From a virus (Duplodnaviria > Caudoviricetes): a stretch of 32,816 nt of DNA. Where the stretch lies: IMG/VR virus record IMGVR_UViG_3300036942_000123, positions 1-32,816 of that record; one strand, given 5' to 3'. The stretch's first letter is position 1. Each line of letters starts with the position of its first letter. Made by a program: the position numbers and the translations under genes. The notes beneath the pieces are model-generated. The model ran no database searches and was not told the origin of the DNA. It worked only from the letters and a program-made list of their open reading frames with translations. Below are positions 1 through 9,017 of the stretch, piece after piece.

Positions 1-225
1 TAATAATTTAAAATTATTTTCTAATAAACACTCTAATGTATATTCAATATCATTACAGTCAGGTTCAAATTGATTTTTATCACTATTAAAGTCCATTTCA
101 CATTCATCACAGAGAGTAATTAATTCTAACTCACCTATTTCTTCTTTTAGATCCTTATAAGACATAATTTTATTATTATATATAATTTTAATATTGTTAC
201 CATCAGTTAATTTTATTTTGAACAT
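1..225 (-). CDS. Hypothetical protein, runs off the window start
   Basis: Manually translated from ATG at 225 (MFKIKLTDGNNIKIIYNNK...), open to position 1. AGGAGG RBS upstream, in the same cassette as the 337..912 gene. Confidence 0.75.
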   Translation of the reverse strand, partial: MFKIKLTDGNNIKIIYNNKIMSYKDLKEEIGELELITLCDECEMDFNSDKNQFEPDCNDIEYTLECLLENNFKLL

Positions 226-325
226 TTTATCATTCCTCCTAATTATTTTTATTCAATTTAATAATATATATTTAAATAAAAAGATAAAAAGAAAAAATGA
301 GGTAGAAATTAATCTACCTCATTTA
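223..325 (-). repeat. Terminator + early promoter + RBS cassette, copy 1
   Basis: 223-290 is identical to 910-977 (68 bp). It contains AAATATATATTAT and AGGAGG on the minus strand and is flanked by the hairpin GAGGTAGA-aattaa-TCTACCTC. Confidence 0.9.
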
Positions 326-336
326 ATAATCATCTT

Positions 337-912
337 CTAGCTATAATTACATCTAAAATATTCACATGGTATTTTTATTTCTACTTTATTACTTGATGAT
401 TTTAATGCCATTTTATTAGAAATTGGTTCTGATTCATTGTTTGAAAATAGATTTCTTAATTCATCATTTAATTTAAGTATTACATAACTATTATCTTTTT
501 CTTCATCATTTTTTACATCTATAAATTTAAGAAATTTTGATTTTTTAGTTCTAATTCTTTCTTCTATAAATCCATTAAATTCTAAAGCTCCATAATCCCC
601 TCCAAAGCATGTTCCTTTTAATAATTTATACTCTCCATTTTTAGATTTCAATAATTCGTCAATATTGATAATTAGATTTATACTTACACTATCTATATAG
701 CGTTCAAAATCAATATCTCCATAGTCATGATTTTCTTCATAATTTCTTAAATCTAAATTAACATCTTTCATTCGATTATATGAATCTTCATAAATACCAA
801 TTTCTAACCAATCATAATCAATATTAAATAGAACTCCATCATAATCTGTCCAGCCAACAAGCCCTGGGGGTGCGTCAAAAAGCTCACAGTTTTCATTATT
901 AATAATTTTCAT
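337..912 (-). CDS. Hypothetical protein (191 aa)
   Basis: ORF track; AGGAGG RBS and dedicated promoter cassette. Confidence 0.8.
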   Translation of the reverse strand: MKIINNENCELFDAPPGLVGWTDYDGVLFNIDYDWLEIGIYEDSYNRMKDVNLDLRNYEENHDYGDIDFERYIDSVSINLIINIDELLKSKNGEYKLLKGTCFGGDYGALEFNGFIEERIRTKKSKFLKFIDVKNDEEKDNSYVILKLNDELRNLFSNNESEPISNKMALKSSSNKVEIKIPCEYFRCNYS

Positions 913-1003
913 TTTATCATTCCTCCTAATTATTTTTATTCAATTTAATAATATATATTTAAATAAAAAGATAAAAAATAAGGCAGAAATTAATCTACCT
1001 TAT
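910..1003 (-). repeat. Terminator + early promoter + RBS cassette, copy 2
   Basis: Direct repeat of 223-325 with a near-identical hairpin (AGGCAGA-aattaa-TCTACCT). Confidence 0.9.
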
Positions 1004-1015
1004 TAATAATAATTA

Positions 1016-1636
1016 TTACATTATTTCACAATTAAATTCTGTTAAATAATGGAATAAACTATCAATAGATAATTTTTCATCTCTACTAATTCCATTATAA
1101 TATGTTGTACATATAAATTCTCCCTCTTTTTTCATTATTATTGTTCCATCTATTTCTCCAGTATCTTGATCTGTAATTGTTAGCATTTTGTGATTTCTTA
1201 AAGCATCTAAATAATTTAATATTTCAATATTATTTTCTCTCTGTCTTTCTTGGTAAAATTCTTCTCTGTACATTATTTTTGTAAACTGTCTATATTCTAC
1301 ATTATCATTGATATCGAACCATATTAAATATGATTCATTTAAATGTTGCTTATATACATTATAATCATCCATAAATAAAGATTCCATTACAACAGGTCTG
1401 GGTAGTGTTATTTTTTCATCATCTTTTACTATTGTAATTAAATCATAATAAATATGAGAATCATAAGACTGAGACAATATTAACTCATCATACTCACAAT
1501 TAATTAATAATTGAAAGAATTCAAAATTTTTTTCTTTATATTCATCCTTCCAATTTGTATAAATTACTGTACTTTTAATATCAATAAAACCATCTACTTC
1601 AATTTGTTCTTTAATTTCTTTATTTAATTTAGTCAT
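1016..1636 (-). CDS. Hypothetical protein
   Basis: ORF track 1016..1666. Start moved to ATG 1636, which follows a GGAGG RBS. Confidence 0.75.
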   Translation of the reverse strand: MTKLNKEIKEQIEVDGFIDIKSTVIYTNWKDEYKEKNFEFFQLLINCEYDELILSQSYDSHIYYDLITIVKDDEKITLPRPVVMESLFMDDYNVYKQHLNESYLIWFDINDNVEYRQFTKIMYREEFYQERQRENNIEILNYLDALRNHKMLTITDQDTGEIDGTIIMKKEGEFICTTYYNGISRDEKLSIDSLFHYLTEFNCEIM

Positions 1637-1794
1637 ATTTAACACCTCCATATGTGTAGCACCCATGACTGAGGTTCGCTCCGTAGTATTATCTCCTCTT
1701 TGGGAGAGCGTATTAGATAAGAAATATACTCTTTCTTTCTTATCGTTATAATAATATAGGTTTAAAATATATGTATTTACGGTTTAATATAAAA

Positions 1795-1823
1795 AGTAGA
1801 AAGCTTAATTAAAAGCTTTCTAC
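1795..1823. terminator. Intrinsic terminator hairpin
   Basis: GTAGAAAGCTT-aattaa-AAGCTTTCTAC with a T-tract on the minus strand, downstream of 1831..2073. Confidence 0.75.
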
Positions 1824-1830
1824 CATTTAG

Positions 1831-2073
1831 TTATTCAGAATCAATCATATTTACTCTCTTTTCATTAACTGGATGATCCTTATATTTTTCTATGATCCTC
1901 TCTTCTAATCTCATTCTTTCTTTATTGTGCATTTCTAACTTAGAATAAAGTGGATCATCATTTTCTTTAGCTAAAATAATAGCTGACTTCTCTCTTAATC
2001 CCTCTTTATCTTCTACTTCTTTCATCTCTCTGAGAACTTCGTTACCTTTATAAGTTGTTTTGATTTCTTCCAT
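1831..2073 (-). CDS. Small helical protein, possibly late/virion
   Basis: ORF track; RBS present; preceded by an AACA-N6-TA motif at 2120-2131 (minus). Confidence 0.7.
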   Translation of the reverse strand: MEEIKTTYKGNEVLREMKEVEDKEGLREKSAIILAKENDDPLYSKLEMHNKERMRLEERIIEKYKDHPVNEKRVNMIDSE

Positions 2074-2160
2074 AATTATCTACCTACCTCTCCTTTATAT
2101 ATTTGCAAATATACAATATTATTCTTTTGTTGGTTCAATTAAATTATTATTTTAGTTTTT

Positions 2161-2173
2161 AAATATATATTAT
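2161..2173 (+). promoter_or_regulatory. Putative early promoter AAATATATATTAT
   Basis: Same motif at 261-273(-) and 948-960(-), with a variant at 8969-8981(+), always upstream of gene starts. Resembles the AT-rich TATATTA early promoters of AR9/phiKZ-like phages. Confidence 0.65.
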
Positions 2174-2245
2174 TATAATGAGAAAATAAAAATAGGGAAT
2201 TTTATTTTTTGATCGAATAAATTAGTTAAAGGAGGAGTTTATTAA

Positions 2246-2662
2246 ATGGTAAGTTTACTTGAAATAGCTATATTAAATTTAGATAAAGATACTGGAATTT
2301 ATAAAAATAAAAGAATTATTATGAGAAATGTAATTACAGAACTGAAAAAGTATGACCTCAAAAGATTGCTTTCATACGAAAATCGCTATATTGTTTATTA
2401 TATATTTAATAAAGGTTCCTTTTATGATAAGTTTAACATGATTGATAATAAAATAAAAATTAGATTTACTCTTATTGACGATGAAGATGATGTAATGAAG
2501 GTTAGTTATTTTAAAAAATATAATTTAATAGTCTTATATAGACCAGAGAGGGCATTAATGCATGTGATTGAATTAAAATATTTCAATCAAGAATTTATTG
2601 ATAAGTTAATTAAACTATCTAAGAAACATGATTTAGAAAGAAAGCTAAATAAAGGAGGTTAA
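2246..2662 (+). CDS. Hypothetical early protein
   Basis: ORF track; AGGAGG RBS; first gene of a tightly packed array. Confidence 0.75.
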   Translation: MVSLLEIAILNLDKDTGIYKNKRIIMRNVITELKKYDLKRLLSYENRYIVYYIFNKGSFYDKFNMIDNKIKIRFTLIDDEDDVMKVSYFKKYNLIVLYRPERALMHVIELKYFNQEFIDKLIKLSKKHDLERKLNKGG

Positions 2663-2665
2663 TAG

Positions 2666-3022
2666 ATGAAAGAAATAGATATATTAATAAAGAAGAATAA
2701 CTTACAAACACTTGATTCCCATAAAACAACTCAGTATTATTATCCTGTATTTATCAATACTAAAGAAGATTTTGAAAAAGAGTTAATAATAAATGATGAT
2801 AAAATTTCAGTTGAAAGAGCTTATTCTATACAAACTAACTATACTGATCTTAATGTAGATATCATAGATGATAAAATAATGTTTTATAAAAAATTTTTTA
2901 AATTAGTTTACATTATTGATAAATATCAATCAATAACTGATTTTTATAACGAAATGTTATTATTTGCTAAAAAGAAAATTCTAGAAGAAAAATTAAAAGA
3001 AAAAAATTCTAATAATAATTAA
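2666..3022 (+). CDS. Hypothetical early protein
   Basis: ORF track; AGGAGG RBS. Confidence 0.75.
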   Translation: MKEIDILIKKNNLQTLDSHKTTQYYYPVFINTKEDFEKELIINDDKISVERAYSIQTNYTDLNVDIIDDKIMFYKKFFKLVYIIDKYQSITDFYNEMLLFAKKKILEEKLKEKNSNNN

Positions 3023-3040
3023 ATTAAGGGGGTAAGGGGG

Positions 3041-3439
3041 ATGGAAGAATTAGATTTAAAAAATTTTGTTAAAAAATATAATATAAAAGAAAATGAGATT
3101 GAAAGATTCTTAAAAAATAAAGCATTTGTAATACCTTCTAATAATCAATTTTTATTTAAGATATTAGAAAATTATAATGAATTTAAAGAAAATATAAGCA
3201 TTAAAAAGAATGAATTATTTTATGAACCCTATTATTTAAAATGCATTATCTATAATAATTTCTTGATCATGAGTAACCCTTTTAATAAAACGAGCTTTGT
3301 TATTGATAAAAATAATTTCAGTAAGAATGAGTTAAAGAAGTTGGAAATGGAAATAAAAATACAAGCAATAGAAAGCATCAAAGATGATAATGGTAGAGTT
3401 ATGGAGCTATTTAATTTAGAGGGTGATGATAATGAATAG
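3041..3439 (+). CDS. Hypothetical early protein
   Basis: ORF track; C-terminal KKLEMEIKI motif shared with neighbours. Confidence 0.75.
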   Translation: MEELDLKNFVKKYNIKENEIERFLKNKAFVIPSNNQFLFKILENYNEFKENISIKKNELFYEPYYLKCIIYNNFLIMSNPFNKTSFVIDKNNFSKNELKKLEMEIKIQAIESIKDDNGRVMELFNLEGDDNE

Positions 3440-3845
3440 AGAAGAACTTAATATAGAAATAGTTGAAAATAATAAATATCTTAATAAACTTATTAAATAT
3501 AAGTATATATTAGAATTAGGTAATAACAAGATGATCTACATTAAAGATTTAGAAACATTTAGAAAGATAATTAGAATTAAGAAAGATAACAGTTTATATA
3601 TCAGTATATTTACAGATGAAATATTAGATGGAGAAGAGAAAGATCATAATAAAAATAATGATAGTTACCAGTTGATAAAACATCTCCTAATATTAACTCA
3701 TAAAGATTACTTAATATTTTATAATATGTGGTACGATAAAGCATTTATCGTTAAGAAAGATGATTTCCCTAAATTGAAGTGGAAGAAGTTAAAGATGGAA
3801 ATGGATGTTAAATTTAAACCTAGTAGAGTAGCTTGGGAGGATTAA
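3423..3845 (+). CDS. Hypothetical early protein
   Basis: ORF track (start may be ATG 3432); C-terminal KKLKMEMDV. Confidence 0.75.
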   Translation: MMIMNREELNIEIVENNKYLNKLIKYKYILELGNNKMIYIKDLETFRKIIRIKKDNSLYISIFTDEILDGEEKDHNKNNDSYQLIKHLLILTHKDYLIFYNMWYDKAFIVKKDDFPKLKWKKLKMEMDVKFKPSRVAWED

Positions 3846-3848
3846 TAT

Positions 3849-4202
3849 ATGAAAAACCTAACAGATAAATCTAGAACTAAAAAGGATAATATATATCCTG
3901 ATTACTTGTATGCTTTAGAAGATTATGATGAATTTAAAGAAAGAATCAATAATGAAGATGAAGGAGTTACATTTAATTTCAGAAGACCGATATTTAAGGT
4001 AGTTGGAAATATGAAGATTGAAATGGAAGTAGGAGAAAATTCTGGACCTTTTAATTTTGATGGCTTAAATGATGATTACTTTATATTTTCTCCCTTTCAA
4101 CATACTAAAATATCGTTCTTGGTATCTAAAAAATTTATGTGTGAAAAAGATTTCAAAAAGACTATGATGGAGCTTAAGTTATATAAAGAAAGTGGTGAGT
4201 GA
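3849..4202 (+). CDS. Hypothetical early protein
   Basis: ORF track; GGAGG RBS; C-terminal KKTMMELKL. Confidence 0.75.
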   Translation: MKNLTDKSRTKKDNIYPDYLYALEDYDEFKERINNEDEGVTFNFRRPIFKVVGNMKIEMEVGENSGPFNFDGLNDDYFIFSPFQHTKISFLVSKKFMCEKDFKKTMMELKLYKESGE

Positions 4203-4533
4203 TGTGCTTTCAGTTGATGAATTAGAAGAAAAGTTCAATATAGATAAAGAGAAACTTTATACTAAACTAGTACTAATTTCAAATGCATTCAAAGATTATA
4301 AGAAGATAGAATGTGAAGTAATTAAGACTAAAGAGCAGTTCAAAAAGTTCATGATGTTTAGGTTTGTAGAAGGAGAGCATTTTATTATAAATGATTACCA
4401 TTTTATAGCTTTCTGGAATAGTTTTTATATAGGAATGATAGATATAGAAGAACCTATTGAATTTAAAAAAGTATTATTGGAATTCAAACTTGATAAAGAT
4501 AAAGTGAGAATACAGAAAGGTGAGTGGTTTTAA
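4192..4533 (+). CDS. Hypothetical early protein
   Basis: ORF track; C-terminal KKVLLEFKL. Confidence 0.7.
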   Translation: MVSDVLSVDELEEKFNIDKEKLYTKLVLISNAFKDYKKIECEVIKTKEQFKKFMMFRFVEGEHFIINDYHFIAFWNSFYIGMIDIEEPIEFKKVLLEFKLDKDKVRIQKGEWF

Positions 4534-5040
4534 TTGGAAGATATTGGTAGTATAACTTTTAAATTCGAAGGTAACTATATTAATAAATATTTTTTCTCAC
4601 TAAGAGTAGACGAGAAATATAAACTAGATAATAATCCATTTATTATTAAACTTGAAGAAGAACAAGAACAACCAACTATTGTTAATAATGATTTTAGCTT
4701 TCAGAGTAGATTTACAGAAAGTAGAATTGAATTGAGGTTATTAGAAAATTATGAAGATTTTAAGAAAATTAAAGATGGAAACCCAGTTAGAAGACGAACT
4801 AACTCTGATCCATATGATTTAGTAGAGGAATATAACAGTTATCTGTCAATGTATAATATTTATGAAGGAGAATTTAACATTCTTCTAATAAGTAACTATT
4901 ATAAATCAAATACTATTGGTTTTGTTATAAATAAAGATAGAATTTCTAATATTATTTATGATAAAATTAAATTGGAAATAAAATTAACAGAGACTGATCA
5001 TTTGATGGATGAAAGAATATGGAGAATAAGTAGTATTTAG
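4534..5040 (+). CDS. Hypothetical early protein
   Basis: ORF track; TTG start directly after the previous stop; C-terminal DKIKLEIKL. Confidence 0.7.
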   Translation: MEDIGSITFKFEGNYINKYFFSLRVDEKYKLDNNPFIIKLEEEQEQPTIVNNDFSFQSRFTESRIELRLLENYEDFKKIKDGNPVRRRTNSDPYDLVEEYNSYLSMYNIYEGEFNILLISNYYKSNTIGFVINKDRISNIIYDKIKLEIKLTETDHLMDERIWRISSI

Positions 5041-5054
5041 AAAGGGGTTAATAA

Positions 5055-5258
5055 ATGTTTAAGATGTCAGTAATTATATTTAGTCTAGCTATTTATGATC
5101 TAATACATGGAGTCAAAACTGTTGGACGGATAATCAATTACATGAAGGTCAAGAAACAAGATACTGGAAGTATCATGATTCCTTATGGATTTATGTCACA
5201 AATGTTAGGTAATATTCTTTTAATAGTATTCATAATAATGTACTGGAGGGGTAACTAA
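5055..5258 (+). CDS. Small membrane protein
   Basis: ORF track; two hydrophobic segments. Confidence 0.65.
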   Translation: MFKMSVIIFSLAIYDLIHGVKTVGRIINYMKVKKQDTGSIMIPYGFMSQMLGNILLIVFIIMYWRGN

Positions 5259-5566
5259 TGATTGATATCACAGACCATAATAATTATATTTACTTAAGGA
5301 AACCCATAAAGAAGATTTTTAGAAAGAATTTAAACACGTTTGACAAGTACTATCTTTTGACTGATTTTGAATTGGTGGCTTTCAAAAGTGATGGGATTTA
5401 TATTAATGATGAAGGAGTTTCATTCATGCCGTTCACTATAGATGATGTTACTATATTTGCTAACCCTGAGTGTAGTAATTTGTACTTATTTCACAGGAAA
5501 AGAACCGTCGATAAAAAATATTATAAATTACTGGACATATTAGAAGATAAATATGGGTACGAATAA
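5258..5566 (+). CDS. Hypothetical protein
   Basis: ORF track; TAATG coupling with the upstream gene; GGAGG RBS. Confidence 0.7.
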   Translation: MIDITDHNNYIYLRKPIKKIFRKNLNTFDKYYLLTDFELVAFKSDGIYINDEGVSFMPFTIDDVTIFANPECSNLYLFHRKRTVDKKYYKLLDILEDKYGYE

Positions 5567-5588
5567 ATTAAAGTAAAAAATAGAAATG

Positions 5589-5600
5589 AACAACATATTA
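5589..5600 (+). promoter_or_regulatory. Putative late promoter AACA-N6-TA (representative copy)
   Basis: Same motif near gene starts at 12849, 14797, 15547, 20803, 23155, 26415 and 26897 (+), and at 2131, 8938, 12838, 14823, 30270 and 32567 (-). Matches the published AR9 nvRNAP late promoter consensus. Confidence 0.75.
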
Positions 5601-5617
5601 AACTTTAAGACAGGAGT

Positions 5618-8410
5618 GTGATGTTAAAGAATATGGCTAATAAATCTAAGATTTGGATACCGTATATTAAGCTTAAAAATATGATAGGTATATGGTCAGG
5701 AATGAAAAAGAAAGAATTCAGTATGGAGTTCCCTGACCCTGATACTCTAGACAGTCCAATTTACTTATTACAAGGGAATAATGGTTCTGGTAAGACTACT
5801 TTATTATCATTTTTAAATCCTTTTCTCGATACTCATGATAACAGAACTAATTTAGTTTTAGAAGGAGAAGAAGGATTTAAAGAAATACACATTATGAAAA
5901 ATTCAGATAAATATGAAATTCAGCATTACTATAGAGATAGTGGAAATAAATCTTACATTCAAAAGAATGGAGAAGAATTAAATCCTAAAGGTTTGAGGGG
6001 AGAATTCAAAGATATAGTAAAGAAAGAATTGGGAGTGGACGAAGACTACTTTAAAATTGGTAGAATTGGAAATAATGTTACTAATTTTATAGATATGACC
6101 ACTGCTAAAAGAAAAAGATACATTAATAAATTTATTCCTAATATCGATGATTATCTTGAAGCATTTAGAAATGCTAAAGAAAATTATGATAGTCTTAAGA
6201 ATGAAATTAAATTCATTGCAGACCAAATTGATAAATTAGATGACGAAGAAAACTTGGAAGTTAGGAAAGAGTCTTTAGAGGGAAGAATAGAAGTCATTCA
6301 AGAATCTATAGATGATATCAATAGTGAAATCAATAAGAATAAGGGTAAAATTGAAGAGATAGATAGCTCTGAAGAGTTAATTAATAATGGAAATCCTTAC
6401 AAAGATAAGTATGAGAATGCTAAGAAGAATTATAGAGAAGCGGATCAAGAATATAATAAATATGTAACAAAGTTTCCTTCTATAATGGATATGGATTTAG
6501 AAACCATTAATGATTCTATGAATTCCAGCAAAGAATCATTAGCTAGTATGAAAGAGAAGTTAGAGAGTAAGAGTAAAGAAGGAAAGAGACTCAAAGAGGA
6601 AGTTCAAGAACTTAAGAATGATATTAAAGAAAAGAATGACAGGATTGATAATTTAAAGTCTGATAATTCTTTAGATGAGCTAAAAGATATGAAAGAAAGT
6701 AAAGAAAAACAATTAGAGAAAAAGAAAGATAAGTTAGATAATTTCGATATTAAAGTACCTTCAGAGATTAAGAATCAAGAATTATTTGAAATAAAAAATG
6801 TTCTCGAAAATGCTGAAGAAGTCATCAGAAAAGTTAAAAGAGAGAAAGATGATGATTTCATTGATAAAGTATTTGAACTTTTAGATGATGGAAGCTTTGA
6901 TGGAGAGGTATTACAAAGTAAGTTAACTGTAGCTAAGAGAACTACTAGTAGAATTGAAGATGACGTGGAAAGATTCAAGTCTGAGAGAGACATCTTAGAA
7001 GAACATTTAAAGCAGAAGAAGATATTGAACAAAAGACCTGAAAATTGTAATATAGATGGATGTCCTTTTATAAGAAATGCTCTGAGATACAAAGATGTAG
7101 ATAAAAGACTTGCAGAAAAAGAAGATAGAATTGAAGAAGAAACAAATGCTAAGGAAGACTCTGTTAAAGAAGAAGAAAGATTTTCTGAGATCCTATCTAT
7201 CTATGAAGCATTGGACAAGAATTATGACAAAATTAAAAATTATATGAGCACCTTCATGAAAGTGGGTTTGAATAATTTCCTAGATTCTTTTGATAAATTC
7301 GCCAGATTGATTAATGCTCCTAATAAGAAACTCAATACCATATTTAATATTGATGATATGGTAGAGTATGTCCAAGTTAAAAAGGATATTAATGACCTAT
7401 CTAATAATATTGGAAATCTTGATGATAAGATTGAAATGATTGAAAAGCAAGATGAGATAATTGAAGGATTAGAAGAAGATTTGGATAAGATAAAAGACAA
7501 TAAGGAAGAGAAGGAAGACTTGTATGATGATGTAAAAGAGAAGTTCTCTGAATATAAAAAAGCTGTTAAGAAACTTAAAGACAAAATACAGATATATGAG
7601 AATGTAAAAGATCTATTAGAAACTAAAAATGAAAATAAGAAGGTAATGTCTGATAATAAAGATCTTTATGAAGAATATGAAGAAAAGATTGAAAAGATCA
7701 ATGAGATAGAAAAAGTAATTAAATCTAAAGAAGAATCATTAGAAGAAAAAGTTAATAAGATAAATCCATTAAAAGAAGAGTTAGATCAAGTAAATACAGA
7801 TATAAATAAACTTGAAGACTTTAAAGAAAGAAAAGAAAGTGTTAAAGAAGACTATCATCATGCTGAAGTTGTTAAAACAGCATTAGATCCTATTAGAGGA
7901 ATACCTCTATTCTTTATCGATGGGTATCTAAAAGAGACTGCTAAGATAGCTAATGATCTCTTAGATATTTCTCATAAGGGTAAATTTAGACTTAGTTTCG
8001 ATATAGATGATAAGAACTTCTATATTAGAGTCCACAAAGATGATGGAACTATGGTGGATGACATATCTGAAACCAGTCAAGGTGAAGAAGCATTATCGTC
8101 TGTAAGTCTTTCATTCGCTCTAATCGAGCAGGGTATCGAAAATTATAACATCTTACAACTTGATGAGATAGATGGAACACTATCTGGTATTAATAGAAGA
8201 AGCTTTTTAACCATGATGGAAAAGCAAATTGAAAAGCTAAATGTGAATCAACTATTTATTATTTCTCATAATAAAGAGTTCGATGCTTATCCTATTAATT
8301 TAATATTATTAGAAGATCACGAAGTTGATACTGATGATGAATCTTATATTGAAAATAAAAATATAGTTTATAATATTTATGATGAAAAAGATAAAGAAAA
8401 AGCATCATAA
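5618..8410 (+). CDS. SbcC/Rad50-like SMC-family ATPase (recombination nuclease ATPase subunit)
   Basis: Walker A GNNGSGKT, long coiled coils, central Cys pair CNIDGCPF, signature SQGE, Walker B LQLDEID, H-loop ISH. Confidence 0.92.
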   Translation: MMLKNMANKSKIWIPYIKLKNMIGIWSGMKKKEFSMEFPDPDTLDSPIYLLQGNNGSGKTTLLSFLNPFLDTHDNRTNLVLEGEEGFKEIHIMKNSDKYEIQHYYRDSGNKSYIQKNGEELNPKGLRGEFKDIVKKELGVDEDYFKIGRIGNNVTNFIDMTTAKRKRYINKFIPNIDDYLEAFRNAKENYDSLKNEIKFIADQIDKLDDEENLEVRKESLEGRIEVIQESIDDINSEINKNKGKIEEIDSSEELINNGNPYKDKYENAKKNYREADQEYNKYVTKFPSIMDMDLETINDSMNSSKESLASMKEKLESKSKEGKRLKEEVQELKNDIKEKNDRIDNLKSDNSLDELKDMKESKEKQLEKKKDKLDNFDIKVPSEIKNQELFEIKNVLENAEEVIRKVKREKDDDFIDKVFELLDDGSFDGEVLQSKLTVAKRTTSRIEDDVERFKSERDILEEHLKQKKILNKRPENCNIDGCPFIRNALRYKDVDKRLAEKEDRIEEETNAKEDSVKEEERFSEILSIYEALDKNYDKIKNYMSTFMKVGLNNFLDSFDKFARLINAPNKKLNTIFNIDDMVEYVQVKKDINDLSNNIGNLDDKIEMIEKQDEIIEGLEEDLDKIKDNKEEKEDLYDDVKEKFSEYKKAVKKLKDKIQIYENVKDLLETKNENKKVMSDNKDLYEEYEEKIEKINEIEKVIKSKEESLEEKVNKINPLKEELDQVNTDINKLEDFKERKESVKEDYHHAEVVKTALDPIRGIPLFFIDGYLKETAKIANDLLDISHKGKFRLSFDIDDKNFYIRVHKDDGTMVDDISETSQGEEALSSVSLSFALIEQGIENYNILQLDEIDGTLSGINRRSFLTMMEKQIEKLNVNQLFIISHNKEFDAYPINLILLEDHEVDTDDESYIENKNIVYNIYDEKDKEKAS

Positions 8411-8425
8411 TAAACTAATAAAAAT

Positions 8426-8457
8426 GGGATTATATAGCTAAAAAGCCATATAATCCC
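8426..8457. terminator. Intrinsic terminator, possibly bidirectional
   Basis: GGGATTATAT...ATATAATCCC followed by T-rich sequence, between convergent genes. Confidence 0.75.
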
Positions 8458-8609
8458 TTTATTTTTTATTTATAAAAATATGTAGGTAAAATAATTTTTT
8501 TCGAGAATAAATAAAATAAGAGCATAACCCGTCAAGGTTATACTCCTATTTATTTGATTCTAGCTTAATCACCCACAAGCTGACGCTTGGGTCTAAAATT
8601 TTATATATT

Positions 8610-8885
8610 TTAGTTAACAGCTTCTTTAAGTGCTTTACTAGCACGTAAATATACCTGTGTATTAGCTTCAATCATGATTGGTTCACCAGTCTGAGGATTA
8701 CGTCCTTCACGAGCACCTACTTCTTTAGTGCGAAGTGTACCTAAGTTTTGAATGCGAATTTCACCATTCTCTACTAGAAGATCGGTAGTAGCACTAATCA
8801 TTGCCTTTACCATCTCTCTAGCGTGCTTCTTTGTGCAGTCTTGCTCCTCAGCTACCTTGTCGATTAAATCTTTTGTTGAAATCAT
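8610..8885 (-). CDS. hup: HU-family DNA-binding protein
   Basis: IQNLGTL...AREGRNPQTGEPIMI...ASKALKEAVN is the HU/IHF signature; 91 aa. Confidence 0.95.
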   Translation of the reverse strand: MISTKDLIDKVAEEQDCTKKHAREMVKAMISATTDLLVENGEIRIQNLGTLRTKEVGAREGRNPQTGEPIMIEANTQVYLRASKALKEAVN

Positions 8886-9017
8886 TTTTGTTTCCCCCTT
8901 ATATGAGTTTGTAGTTTTGTGTTTATTATATTATTGTTAGTTATATCAAGCTTACTAAAAGAAATCTTAAAAATATATTATTAAATTGATAAAGAATCCA
9001 TAGGAGGTTTATACTAA

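Noticed and set aside
223-1003. CRISPR array
   Set aside because: Only two long repeats separated by a whole gene. No regular short repeat-spacer pattern was seen anywhere in the window.
5978-7584. Minus-strand ORFs 5978..6226, 6775..7092 and 7240..7584
   Set aside because: Antisense shadows of the SbcC gene; S/F/L-rich mirror composition and no RBS noted.
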